A DNA stretch of 62,786 nt, counting the filler, from Klebsormidium nitens (Eukaryota; Plantae; Klebsormidiophyceae), in the NCBI GenBank assembly GCA_000708835.1. It is 6 parts of 6 records of this genome, joined end to end, with 100 filler letters (N's around TTAATTAATTAA, not from the genome) between each part and the next. Parts side by side here need not be neighbours in the genome. Positions count along the whole stretch, not along the records: positions 1 to 22,159 come from DF237902.1; 5 more parts are not named here. One strand, 5' to 3'. Of the stretch, positions 1-12,553 are shown piece by piece; position 1 is the first letter of the stretch; every line of letters begins with the position of its first letter. The position numbers and the translations under genes were made by a program. The notes beneath the pieces were generated by a model. The model worked only from the letters and a program-made list of their open reading frames with translations. It ran no database searches and was not told the DNA's origin.

Positions 1-519
1 TGGCTCAGCGCCACTCTCATGCGATCATGCAGATTGATGGCCCAGGGCCAATGCAACTTACAGAAAACCCTATGGTCGCGATGGGTGAAAACCCTATATA
101 GCTAATGGCGGAAAGCTCTAGTAACTAGCATGAGGCATTACTGGCACGTGTAGCCGAGCCGTCACAGCAACGAGCCCATACAGCGTGACATCGGTGCTTC
201 TATGCACTAGAGTCTTCGGTCAGGTCCGGTCTGCAGGTGTCGATGATACGTCGCTGCTGTAACATGCCATCCGTGCTGATACCCTGAGCAGTGGCATCAA
301 AAGATTTCAACCTCGCACACAAGGGGCCTAAGTCTGGCTGTCCGGTCCGGTTCAAACTTCAACCGTCAGTCACTGACGGTCTCTTTTCAAATACGCCGTA
401 GCCATAGGCTTCTCATGGCATACATCAGTGTTTGGTGTGTGTCTTTGGCTTATTCTTCAAATGCTAGACTATCTTCAACCTACTCCTACACCGTACCGAC
501 GCTACAGGCTCATATGGCC

Positions 520-978
520 CACGAGGTGGCAACTCAAGTTTTAAAACACCTTGTGTTTTATTCGTCTTATTTTTTTCAAAACCGCATAAAATGAATAGCG
601 CTTAGGTTTTATTTATAACCAACGGATAGAGCTCGTCGTGAGGTGCCTAAAACACCCCTTATTTTTGAAAATGGACCCCCCCTCCGATTCTAAAACCACT
701 TTAAAACAGAATAAAACAACCAAACCGGCCGCAAGACATGTGCGTCCAAGATGAGGCCGAAATTATCCCTGTTTTAAAAACAGCAAAACAACTAAAACGT
801 TTTAAAATGCCTTCTGCTTCACATATCCGGATTTTATTTGCTATAAGCTGATTGCTTTCAATCTGGATGGATGTAATATGTGCACAGAAAACAAGAAAAG
901 CCTAAAAACCGTAAATAAAACGTCTTTGGGGCGCTTTTCAACCATTTTACAACGTTTTAAACCAGTTGCCACCCCGGG
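520..978. mobile_element. hAT-type MITE (459 bp, non-autonomous)
   Basis: Terminal inverted repeats CACGAGGTGGCAACT (520-534) and AGTTGCCACCCCGGG (964-978) match at 13/15. An exact 8-bp direct repeat ATATGGCC flanks the element (512-519, 979-986). The interior is AT-rich and non-coding with repeated TTTTAAAAC motifs. An 8-bp TSD with short TIRs is typical of hAT. Confidence 0.85.
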
Positions 979-1061
979 ATATGGCCGAAAGCTTCTCAGC
1001 AGCTGACTTCACGCTACGAATTCATTGACACCTAATCGCGTCTTCTGCGGGCAGCAGACTA

Positions 1062-1449
1062 CGTAACTTTGCAAGTCTCAATTGCCACGTGCCGGTTCCG
1101 AACCTCGGTACCCTCGCCGGCAGTGCGACAGTAGGGTACCGCTCGATCGCGGCGGACCGCCGATACCGTCCGTACTTTGAACCGGGCGTCTGTTTCTCAG
1201 AGACTCGGTACCCGGAGAGCTTTCGGCCGGTTTCGGGTTACGGAGGGCAACCGACTGATCTTGGTGGGGCTAGTAAGGAGGTTTAGGGTGGGTTAGGGCG
1301 GGCCCCTGGCGGAACGCCTTAGGGTTGCTCACAACCAGGTTACTGCTCATAGTTTGACCTTAGGGTTTTAGTGTGTGGTTAGGCTCCTATAGTGATAACC
1401 GCTTTTTAGGTAGTAGATGACGTCACATATTGAGACTTGCAAACTTACG
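1062..1449. mobile_element. Tc1/mariner-type MITE (388 bp) with TA target duplication
   Basis: TACGTAACTTTGCAAGTCTCAAT (1060-1082) and ATTGAGACTTGCAAACTTACGTA (1429-1451) are reverse complements at 22/23. The outermost TA on each side fits a TA TSD. No credible ORF inside. Confidence 0.7.
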
Positions 1450-2179
1450 TACCTACGACTCTGCGGGCTTTGTCCCCGGCTTTGTCCTAAAAGTCGGACG
1501 ATGACAGCGCGGTTTGGGCGTGGTTTGGGCAGGAGGAAGTCAGTGGTAGGCATCAGATATGCATTGCTTGTGCAGCATCATGAGGGAAACCTAGGAATTG
1601 AAACTCGGGTTGAAACTGCAGGACGCCGGACCATTAAAAACCCCCTGCCCCGTACTTCAAAAGTTCAAAGCTCTGGGGATCTTTTCGTGGAAGGGGAAAA
1701 AGGAACCGGCGGCATACAGATCCAAACACCAGGTTCCAGATTGCAAATTGCGGCGGATGAGAAGATGACTTGGGCTTGTGCTAATAGCGGCTGATTTTGC
1801 CAATATGCATGGATGCAATATTCTTACCCAAGAGAAACCCACATTGCAATGCGGGCCAGCCTAGGCTGTCTGCACCAACAAGGTCAGGAGCACGGAGTTG
1901 TGATTTCGTCCGATCGCTCCCAGGCCGACTGTTCAGTGTTCTCCGGTGAGTCGGCTGGACCTTTGAACCGGTCGGCTTGTATCAGCCAAACTTGAAACAC
2001 CCCAAAAACAGCTGTCGGATTCTGTCGGCTTTTCGGCCGACGCCCCTCGGTTGAGTCGGCCGGGCGGCAATTCTGTCGGCTGACGTTTGCCTGGTGTGAC
2101 GGCTCGTCTTGAACACTGGTCAGGAGGCTTGGAGCAGGGTTTAAACGAGGGTTTTATTTTTCACGCGCATTCTAGTTGT

Positions 2180-4662
2180 ACCAGCGGGACGACCCTGCAG
2201 GCTGCCAGTGCCAGGCGCCAGAGCACAGCCCAGGCCATTCGCAGCGGCAAAGCACTGGCGCAGGTATCTATATTCTACTCCTAGCTTTGGTGTTCTTCTG
2301 AGTTCTAGGATCCAATGCCAATGGAAGAGACCTTCCCTCTGCGAAAAGGTGTAGCTGTGTAAAGAGGGTGAAGGAAGCTGAACAAAGCGGTGAGCCGCTC
2401 GCTTGGTTGCTTGCTCAGATCATGAGATGGTCGTCTGGCTCTGTCACGAGAGTTAGGGTCCTTTGTGCTGCTTCCTGCAGAATGAGACCAGACCTGCTGG
2501 AAGCATGAGACTGTTCCATGTTTCAGCGCAACTGTTCCTTCCGAGTCTCTATTCATTCCCTGAAAGCTGACACCTGGTGCAATGAAAGGTTGTGCGGGGA
2601 GTTGAAGATGTTTCTTGATTCTTTTGAGGTTCGCTGCCGCCCGATCTCAAACATCGCTCTTCTGCTGCATAATCTGCAGGTGACCATGATTGTTTTGGCT
2701 ACAAAGTACCTGGTTCTAGCGCAGTCGTTGCAGTTGCCAGAGTTTTTGCGCGAGTATGCAAAGGCGGGGGGTGACAAGACGCGCGTGCTTGTCCTGAGTT
2801 GGCCTTATGTAAGCTTTTGGTTGTTGCTGGAAGCTATTTGCCTCCTCCTTGCTGCACTTCAGAAAGTAGAGAAGAATGTTCATTGCTTGGTCCATTTAGA
2901 ACCTACGAGCTCAAAAAGCCTGCTGAGACTCCGACATTCGGACGCCACCCTTCCTCACTTGCCGTGGGCCACAAATATCGAAATATGTACTCATTTATCC
3001 AAAAGAAGCATCCTGGTGCTGCACTGAAGGGATTGTATTCTGCTGTGCTTTACTGAGGCGCTTTGTTCTTGCAGCCCTTTGTGGACAAGTACGACGAGGT
3101 TCCGGTCAGGGACAAGACCGATGGTAGGTGCTCAGGTGCAGGATCTCAGGATGTCATCAGCAGAGCAGAATCCTGGATGTGTGCTGATATGCTTAAACTT
3201 TCCGCATAGGCAGTCTCAATTCTTGGCTGTTCGTGCGTGTTTCAAAAACGTGGGGGTTCAGCCAGAGAGCTTCTGTTCTAAGCTTGGAGTTGCCGTGTGA
3301 GAAAGGAGGTGGTTGAGGATCTGTTTCGGTATGCTCTATGTTGTTCATTAGTGTCAAGGCGTCTGTGTAACTTCTGTGAAGCTGCTGATCTTCGTTCATC
3401 TGATTGCAAAGCTCCAACCATCTGGCAAGGCACTGACGTCTTATTCTCTTGCTCTACCAGGTTTTGAGGTGATCTTTGATTGGATCCAAGTCATCGACTT
3501 GGATCAGAGCCTGATTCAAACGGACCGGGGCGTGCAGATTTCCTTCGAGGAGCTTGTGATCAGCCCTGGGGTGAGAGACTGGAATATGGACACTCCGTTC
3601 AGATTGTTCTGTGCGTCATGAAAGGTTGAAAAGCTTCTTAAGTTCCTGTCTGTTAACTTGCAGGTGACTACCATTGGCTCCTGAAACATGTTGCATACGG
3701 GCTCTAGAATAGGCACGCTTGTAGAGAGAGTGCACATTCTGGAGTGAAAGAATCAAAAAGGATCCAGAACAGTGTTTGAAATCTCTCACAGAGCAGCGCT
3801 GACAGATCTGGATAGAGGCAGGACTTAAAAGCTTGGAGGCAGATTACGTCTGAGATCTATCATGATTTGGTAGCACAATGTTGCGTGTTTGCAGGAAAGT
3901 GTTGTTGCCGAAGAACGCGGCTTGCGTGTTGGAGACAAGGGTGTGGTATGGTCGCGAACAAAGATTGGAGGTCTGAAATGGGCTGCAAGAGCTGAGCGGG
4001 GGGTTTGCTTTGAGGTGAGAGCCTGCGGGCTCACTGATTGAGAGGCAGCAATTCTATTGCTTCTTGTTCGAGACCTTTTGGATGATGACCCTCGCTCCTG
4101 ATCATTGGTTCTCTTGAAACTTCACGAGGGTAGGTTTAGTAGGGAGGTGCTCGTCTGAAGTTGCAGGCTTCACCACATGCAGAAGTCTGGTTCTCTGGAT
4201 CATTGATCGGGTTGTTTGTGAACAGGTGACAATGGCCAGTGAACGCCAACTACAAAAATTGCCTTCAGCCAGAAAGTTGTCCCTCTAGTTCTGATCAAGC
4301 GGAAAGTAATGCCAGGCCGCTTGTGCATTGCGTGCTTTAACTTGTTACAATGCACTCTGTGGTATTCGAACCCACTTTCAATGGTGTTTGCTGATTCTGA
4401 TCAAGCTCCTCTGGTTGTGCAGGGACAGGTAGACAAGAAGGAGGCCGAAGCTGCAGAAAGGCGTGCCGAACGGCTTGCACGTGTCCAGGAGATCAAGAAC
4501 CGGTTCAAGTCTGCATCGACGAAAAGCACGGATCGCTCACTGAGCCAGAGCAGACCAGCCCCAAGGAGCTTTGAGGCCGACAGGATCGAACCTGCGAGAC
4601 GGAGGACGTGTCAAGTTGTGCGCGCTTTAGGGTCGAATACCATTAGTGAAGGGCTAGCATAA
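2180..4662 (+). CDS. Probable multi-exon gene of unknown function (boundaries uncertain)
   Basis: Several short AG/GT-bounded, codon-like segments (e.g. VTMIVLATKYLVLAQSLQLPEFLREYAKAGGDKTRVLVLSWPY at about 2681-2808; FEVIFDWIQVIDLDQSLIQTDRGVQISFEELVISPG at about 3461-3569; a charged segment at 4425-4662). No family recognised and no full model assembled. Confidence 0.3.
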
Positions 4663-4664
4663 AA

Positions 4665-5453
4665 ATGCCAACAGCGGTGCGGTGTAGCAACGGCTATTTA
4701 GGGTGGGGGCCCCAAGAGGCGGTAGGACGTTTGGAAAGTTATTGGGAGGACAAGGATGGAGTTGAAGAAATAACCTACGGAACAGGTTATCTAGCAGTGT
4801 TTGCAAGAACCTTCCAAGCCCCGGCGGACCGCGATAAAGCGCCCCTTTATCTTGCAACAAGTGCTCACGGTGTAGTGGAGGAGGGAAAGAAGCTGACAAT
4901 GGCTCTGTTTTATCCGGAGCAACGGACGCCGGAGGATACGGCACCGGGGAGGGAGAAGGGGGTCTTCGAGATCGCGTTTGACAGGGTTAGCCGAAATAAT
5001 GCCGCGTTTGTTTCGCCCAAATACAAAGTGGGGTCGGAGGATGATGGAGGCGCGTTTGACATAGCGTTCATACGGCTTAGAGAGGTATTAGGAGGGACTA
5101 GGTCGATGACTCAGTTTAGGAGGCTAGCTATCGTGATCCATCTTGATGCTCCCGTCGCAATAGGTGACATCATTTGTTGGTTTGGATACCCCCTAGCCGA
5201 GGAGATGGATACAAGAGTCGATGAGTCCTTCATGTACAAACACTCTTCGGCTTTGAAGGCAAGGCTTCCGGAAATAGAGGGCATACCCGGGGCTTTAGTT
5301 AGGGAGGGGTCAGGCAGGTCAGGAAAAGGTGGGAGTGGGGGCCCATGGTTAAAGGGTCCAATGCTATTGGGGCTATGGCTTGGCAGTTCAATGAACAACT
5401 CTTTGAAGCAGAAGTCCCAGATAGCCATAGTCCTTATTTTAGCACACTTTTGA
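4665..5453 (+). CDS. Trypsin-like (clan PA) serine protease, intronless, 262 aa
   Basis: Motifs in the correct order: GTGY (GTGF-like), YLATSAH (catalytic His), FDIAFIRL (catalytic Asp), CWFGYP, GKGGSGGPW (catalytic Ser, GxSGGP), followed by LLGL. Confidence 0.85.
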   Translation: MPTAVRCSNGYLGWGPQEAVGRLESYWEDKDGVEEITYGTGYLAVFARTFQAPADRDKAPLYLATSAHGVVEEGKKLTMALFYPEQRTPEDTAPGREKGVFEIAFDRVSRNNAAFVSPKYKVGSEDDGGAFDIAFIRLREVLGGTRSMTQFRRLAIVIHLDAPVAIGDIICWFGYPLAEEMDTRVDESFMYKHSSALKARLPEIEGIPGALVREGSGRSGKGGSGGPWLKGPMLLGLWLGSSMNNSLKQKSQIAIVLILAHF

Positions 5454-6206
5454 TAGACTCCGCCTTGAGCAACAGAATTATGAAGTGAGAATATAACTTC
5501 AGTAATTACAGGTGCATCAATGCATGTACCGTCATTTCATGGTGCATGGATCCAGCTACGGCGCTCAATTAGAACTCGCTGCAATCATTGCTATATATCA
5601 TTAGCTTGCTTAATTGACGATTGCATATGCATATATGCTGATTGCAATATATGATGCTGTGCATGTGCATAATCGATCGATCGCACATGGCGGCAAACAG
5701 TCAGGTCGACGAAGTCACTACTACATGCTGTGTACTGTCATGACATCTGAACGCGTGACCACGCCGATGATATATATAGTATGTGTAACTTTGGAGGCCC
5801 TGGGACCACAAATACGGCTTTGCTACGTTTCTATTCTTAGATTGCTACACAGCTGGGTCAGCTAGCAACCGCATCCGCGCTTTGTTCAAATTTTGTTTTT
5901 GTTCATTAGCTTTTTGAGGAAGGAGTGTCGTCCTACCTCATATGTCCTGATATGATGATCGAGAGCACAATAGCTTTGATGACAAAAAGTCACGAAATCT
6001 TCACATCGCTTTCAATCTGCTTTTCCGTCTTGAGTCCTAGAATCATCTGTACAGCTCTATGTGGACAAACTCTAGAGACTTTTCTTTGCTAAAAGTAGGC
6101 CCTGTCATTGCTTTCGCTCAAGCTTATCCAAACACCAAATCAACGAGTACCAGTTTTCACGAACCAATTTTCCACATTGCTGTACGCTTTCAAGGTTTCT
6201 GCCCGA

Positions 6207-9200
6207 TCACTGCGTCCCTTCCGCTTGGAACGCCGGCATGCTGGCCCGCGCGGTTCGCGTGAAGAGCAGCGCCGTCCCGTGCGCGCCTCGCAGTACGAGC
6301 AGCCGCCCGTCAATATACGTCACTCGGTGAAGCAGGGCCAGGTCGAATAGTTCTGGCGGAATCTGGCGCCGGACCTCGCCCAGAACCTGGCGGAACGGCC
6401 AGATTTGAGAGTCTGCTCACATGAACAAAGGTCAAGATAGACATAGTGAGTTGACTATGAAGGCACGGCCGGCGAGAACTTTCTAAACGACGAAGAACAG
6501 TATATATAGTTGGTCGCAAATTCGTGAGGGATTGGAAGCTTCGAATGTAATTAAGGGAGCATCACGAGTCATCACGAAGCAGCCGCGAAATTTTCAACAA
6601 CACTGGGGCACATGCTGGAGAAAACCCAAGACTCGACGAGGAACAACACGGAAGTAGAGCCCGTTTTACGCCTCATCAGCTTACCTGTTGCGGATACTTG
6701 GAGTCCCTTCCCGTGTAATCCAGCTCCATTTCCATCTCGACACCCCCAACCCGCAGCTGCAACCCCGGCACGTGCCCACTGCTCTGCTGCCCCCCCTCGA
6801 GCCCCTCGTCACAAATGACGTCACTGCTGGACGGGAGCAGCCGGCCCGCGACGCCGGACTTGTCCGCAGGCCACAATGCATCGACGGCCACGAAATCGAC
6901 GGACGCTTGGAAGGCCGCGCGAGCGAACCACGGCGCAGCTTGGGCCGAGTCACTATGTTCGCCGTCGGAAGGGGAAGCATGAGTTTCGTGGGCAGTTTCG
7001 GTCGGAACGGACTGAGACTCGGACGTGGTGTGAATCGGCGCAACCTGGGACCCTTGAGAGCTGGCTGCCGGAACCTTGGGAGAGGTGTCCATGCTTTTAG
7101 TTCGGGTCGACTGAATGCCGGAAGCGGAATCCGCCGGAACGGGGGTGGCCGGGGGGGGGGTTTCAAGGGAGATGGAGAGGAGCGCGTGGTCGATGCGCAC
7201 GGGGGCGGCGCTTTGGCGCAGCGTCATGCCGACCTGGCGGCCCGTGTGGTACAGCAGGCGCCATTCGCCGCGGGCGTAGCGGGACCAAGCCTGGAGAGTC
7301 AAAGAGTATAGAAATTCCGATTACTTTCCATTTACCTTGACGTCGAGGCGGATCAAATAGGAACACCGATTGGTTTTCATTCACCTTGACGTCGAGGCGG
7401 GTCAATTACCTTGAGGTAGAGGCACTGACTCGTCGGATGTAGTCGAAGCCTCCCAATCCATTAGAAGCACGGAGCGCCCAAGAGAGGGGCCGAAGCGACG
7501 AGAGAATTGAGAATCGCTGTCTTCGTACGGCCTTACTGCCGCGCACGCGCTCTTCGCTAGTCGCTTGAACAACAGGCCTTCGAGAGACAACCAATCCAAC
7601 TGAAACGGAAGACTGCTCATCATTTCCCCCCTCTCATTTCAACCCAATTAAGATGCTGCAGCCTTCCGAGCACCACATTCAGCTGTCGCAGCTCTTGGCG
7701 GTCTCCTCCTTAACCACGGGCCTTAAAGAGTAGACTTACCCAACCCAGATACAAACAGACATTCTTAACGATCTATCGCTTACCTGAGCTCTGTCGAACT
7801 GCTACAGCCGCTCCAGCGCCACAATAAACCGCCCCGGCTCGTAGAGCCATCCAGCTCTCAGCGCGGCCTGATCAACAGTCCTAGTCGAACCCAAACTTTT
7901 ATCAAAAGAAAAGCAAAACTCGTTAAGACACCGTCTCCTCACCTGAGATTGGTCGGGCTGCTGCAACCGCTCCTGCGCCGCAATCAGCGTGGCCATCGTG
8001 CTTTGGCTGCGGGCCTGGAATTATTGGAAAAAGTACAGAATGAAGCGTACAGTAAGGGCACTGAAAAGCGCTATAGATTTACAAGGGTCGTCTCCAACGG
8101 CAGTTCTCACCTGAGCTCGATCGGGCTGCTGCAAGCGCTCCAGCGCCGCGATCAGCGTCGCCATCTTGCTCCTCTGACTCGCGTTGTACACGTACTCCTC
8201 CGTGATCCTCACGGCCGTCGATCCCAGCATCCAGGCCGCCATCGCAACGCTCGCTTCCGGCCGCCACCGACGCGCGCACAGAAACGGGTGACGTAAGGCG
8301 TCGGCGGCGGAGATTCGGTCCGCGGCAGGGGGGGCCAAAAGGCGGGCGAGCAGGTGCCAGCCGACCCCCCCGTCGCGGTCGAGAAGCTGGAGGCCGGGGC
8401 TGGAGTAGGGGCCGTCCGGGGTGGAGAGGAAAGGGAGGAGCGACTCGCGAAGGCTGGCGGGGTCGTGGCCCTGAAATGGGGGGCAAAAAGAGCCGGCTTC
8501 AGATTTTTTGAGGGGGGCCGTATGTAGACTATTCGAGGAAAGGGAGTATGCCCTTCCTTTGAAGTTTATTTTAGGGAGGAGGTTCGAATTAGTAACAGTC
8601 TAGTCACAAGAGCATCAAGGAAAAACTTTTGCAAGAAGGGTAGTGGCCCTATGAGGGTGTTTGCGCGACAATCTCTGAAATTGAAGAGTCCAACCACCCG
8701 ACACGATCGGAGTTCGTTGGCACAAAAACACTGTGTACGAATACCTAATGAGCTGGACAAAGGTGATAGGGGGCGTCAGCATAGGGGCCAAAAGAGCATC
8801 CCGAAGGTCCTTGATACAATACGATTGGTACTTGCTGAGAATTGCAGCCACCCCATCTACTTCTTGTGTCTGAAGAGCTCTACAAAAACTCACCAAATAT
8901 TGGGCGCATAAAGTACTCAAAATTGGAGGTGTTGCAGTAAGTTTCGCTCCGAAAAAGCTAGATACCCTGAACGTGACTCGGGTACGGACGCAACAATCAG
9001 GAAATGGACTCTAAGCAAGCCTACTCGTTACTAGAGAAGAGGCGTTTTTCATTTCATACCATCTCAAGGCCGAACTCTAGACACGATTTTCTGCATTTGA
9101 TTTGGTAAGACCGGTTAGCTGGCAAGTGGGTACGAGTCCAGCGGCTTTGCAGAGAAAATATCCCGCTCTGTTTCGCCTCCTAGTTAGTAACTAGGATGGG

Positions 9201-12053
9201 CGCACCTTGACGAGGAAGGCGCGGAAGTGGGCGTCCGCCTCGGGCCGCATGAGCTCACGCAATACGAGGCGCGCCATCAAAATGCCAATACACCTGGACG
9301 ACAAAACGCTTTGGCTTTAGCCGTCAGGTCCTTGGACAGAACAATGTTGATCGAACGGTGGAGAGTCAGAATTTGCTGCAGCGAAGTTCGTGACTGACGA
9401 GGTGATATGAAAAATCGACGCATTGCTCCATCTGAAGAAAGCTGTGTTTGAATTCTCCGACTTGAAAGCGTGAGAAGAGCAAAGCAATAAGTCTTCTTAT
9501 AAAGATGCGGCAGACCAGACAAAAGGTCCACCTTTTGAAGGCTCATACTCAAGCAGTGGGTGCTGATTCTTTTGAAGTGCGTCCAAGTGACTAGCACAAA
9601 AATCGTTGTTGTACATGGGAAGAATATGCAGGAAACAAAGCAACTAAGAGGTTGTATAGGATCTAATTCACCCCCTAAAAAAGAGTCATACCCATGTGGC
9701 TAGCAGCAATCACGATATTCTCCCCTAAGTTGCAAGACTTTCGTGTGCCCTCGATCAAGTAGACACTCTCCTACCTGATGTCAAAGGCCATCATCTTGGT
9801 GCGAGGATGCGCGCCGCGCTTGCGCTGCCCGGTCGCCAGTGGGGGCAAGTCCACCGCGTTGCCAGGGACGCACAGCTGGCAAGCCAAAGTGCAAGGAATG
9901 AGATAGACGACATCTCCTTCCTCCAATTGCTTTGACTTATGATCTCCATTCCGCCGTCTACAGTCAGCAGAAGAGCTGGCGAACCTGAGATTGACAGGAT
10001 TGAAATCTGACAACGCTGACAAGACACCGCAACAAGTCCAAACATCAAGAGCCGTACCCTCTCAAAATAAGCCATGCCTGAGAGTTGGGGACTTGAAAAG
10101 TCAGGGTTTGAATCGTACCTTCAGGCGCTTGTCTGCAGCTGAAAGGAACACCGTCCGTAGAGTGACAGTGGTGTGGGCGAGACCTCGCTGGTGCAGGTAG
10201 TTGACCTGTCACAGTACAGCAAGCGAGCAACATTAGGCGGACACGTTTCTGGACGCATATATGGAAGCAACGAGAACTGGAAGGGACCAACGAACTTTTG
10301 GCCGGCCCAATTGTCTGAATCATTCCTTCAGCAAGCACTGTACTTCAAACTGGGCAGAGAAGACAGCGCGACCTTACTCCCTGGAAGTTCCTACAGAGGA
10401 CTCATACGAGCTTCCAAACATTGTTAGGCAAAACTATCCCAGCCCTTCACCTTTGTGTCCCAGTTCTATCCATCGGAAGTTTGGCAAGAGCTTGCATTGA
10501 TGCAAGATTTCGAAACCTTATCAGGACCTTGTATACCAGACACAAGTAATTCGCATGGCTTCCTTCCAGACTTCTATGCTCACCCCAATCAGCGCATCCC
10601 TCAGCAACATTTTGATCACGCGCTGTTGGCGCGAAACCTGCGCCCCCCCAGTGGTAGCGTCCCCCAGACGCCGGCGGGCCTCCTCCGGATCTAGACTGAG
10701 ACGCGCCTCCAGGCGCTGCAGCCAATCAGGGCACAACAGCCACTGGTGTAGGCTGTAGCTGCCGTAGAACTGTGAAAGGGAAGGGAAACCACAGTTTGAG
10801 ATCTGAGCTCAGCGGTGTGAATTTCTTATTTGCAAGCTTTATTTTCACAAAGGATCATGGCCTGACTCCGAAAGTCAGAAGTCTTCAGTAGAGACTATAC
10901 ACTTTACTTTTGAAAGGGCGCCGTGACCTACTCCTCTATGCATTGAGATGAGTATGCAACATGTTCCTTTTACTGAGCTGCATTTGCAACTTCTTCAACG
11001 TTGTTCAACGTCCCCACTCAACACCTGCGAACGCACAGATATTTTGACTTCTGAGATAAACCATATTGACCGTCATGTCGACTTCCAACAGAAAGGGGGG
11101 CTCCAAGGGGGGCTCACCGCATGGACCAACACTAGGGGCCTCTCTTTCCCCCCCGCTGGAATGAACCCGTGCACCGCAGCCATGTAGGGATGCAGCCCAT
11201 GCTGCCGCCCCGCCCGCACCCTCTGCCAGACCTCCAGCGCTCTGCGACCCCACCGCTCTGCTCGCTTACCTGCAGGTAGATATGCAACAAGTGAATGCCC
11301 CTTTCTTGATTGGTGATACTCCAAACGGTTCAGAACACGTAAGTTGCTAGCAAGAACGAAGGAAAAGTGCAGGAGTCGGCGTGATGCCAAAGACATTGAT
11401 GATTCTCAACACTTAAAATGGCGCTGGAAAGCCTGCAGCTATCCACAAGTCCAGGTTTCCCCACAAACAAATAACAGTGCTGTGCTCTCTGAAACCTCAG
11501 AGTGTACAGACTTACCTATCAATTGGCGCAACACCACCCTCCGTCCCCGCAAGCTGCTTCCCTCCTTCTGTACGGTCGCCTCAAACAGCGCCTCATCGCT
11601 GCGCCCCCCCAGACCGATGCTGACGCTCGGGTGGATGTCAAAGTCATCCTCACAGAACTGCTCGCACGAGAACCCCTCCTTGTCTAGTTCAACCCCCGTT
11701 TCTGCTGCAGGGTCTAGGGGAGCACTCAACTGCGCAGCAGCAGGAACAGTGCGCACCTTTCCTGTGCGCCTGTGAAGCCGTCTGAGATAGCTGTCTTCAA
11801 TTGAGGTTTCCGGCCAGATCAGGGGACTAGGACCTGAGCTGCCAGTCCGCGGGTCTCTTTGAAGGGCTCGTATAGCCAGGCTGTGTGTTTGCACTTTTTT
11901 GAATTTCACTGGGAGCTGGGGAGTAAGAAGAAGAGAGTGGCCGTTTGACAAGAACGCTCTCCTTTTGCTGCAGAAGCTCTCCCTGGCTGAAGGAACTAGA
12001 GAAGGCGCAGCCTGGGCTGGCCATGCTGCAGCTGCCATGGTCTGCAGGTCCAT
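6207..12053 (-). CDS. FBN11: Fibrillin-11 / ORG1 (PAP14)-like plastid protein: pseudokinase domain plus C-terminal PAP/fibrillin domain, 9 exons
   Basis: GT-AG exons with consistent phase: 12053-11516, 11269-11118, 10769-10584, 10205-10119, 9875-9775, 9293-9206, 8470-8111, 7290-6685, 6386-6207 (TGA). The peptides follow Arabidopsis At5g53450 as I recall it: VSIGLGGRSDEALFEA, GRRALEV, DATTGGAQVSRQQRVIKMLLRDALIG, VNYLHQRGLAH, KMMAFDIR, LLDRDGGVGWHLL, RISAADALRHPFL, GEWRLLYHTGRQVGMTLRQ, GEVRRQIPPELFDL, TYIDGRLLVLRGAHGTALLFTR. The N-terminus is transit-peptide-like. Confidence 0.92.
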
Positions 12054-12553
12054 GCAGAAAAACCTTCCCTGCCTCCGCCCAACCTGAGCTGCAAGCTCAC
12101 AGATCCCTCAGTGCTCTTGAATTGTGGACTCGGGCCTTGTGGAATGGCTGACAGCGTGACGCTTGGAAAGAAGGGGTCTCGATGATTGTGAGTTTTGTCA
12201 GCTGAGGGCAATCAGCCACTGTCTTGTATTCCTGAATTTTGTACAAAGGGAGTAGCAGGAGATACATAGCAGGAAGCAGAATTCTTGTTCATTTGGTGGA
12301 GGACTGCAACAACCTCCTCCTTCACAATCCGTCCTTCAATTGCAGCATCATCATGGAGTCATGCACCTGCCGCAGGTATAAGAGAAGATGCGCCTCTCAC
12401 ATGTCTTTCTTCATGGCGGTGCTGAAACAATCAGACACCTCATGCAGGCGCGCAAGGCTCATGCAAGCGCCTCGCAATCCGAGCAAGCAGGGAACACGCT
12501 GCACATGGCTGCACACATCAGCACGAGGAAACACGCGGGCCGGGCACGCCTCC

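Noticed and set aside
1283-1370. Telomere-like TTAGGG/TTTAGGG motifs as an interstitial telomere
   Set aside because: Only scattered single motifs, not a tandem array.
8021-8486. Stand-alone STN7/STN8-like kinase fragment
   Set aside because: It is exon 7 of the FBN11 gene once the flanking exons are assembled.
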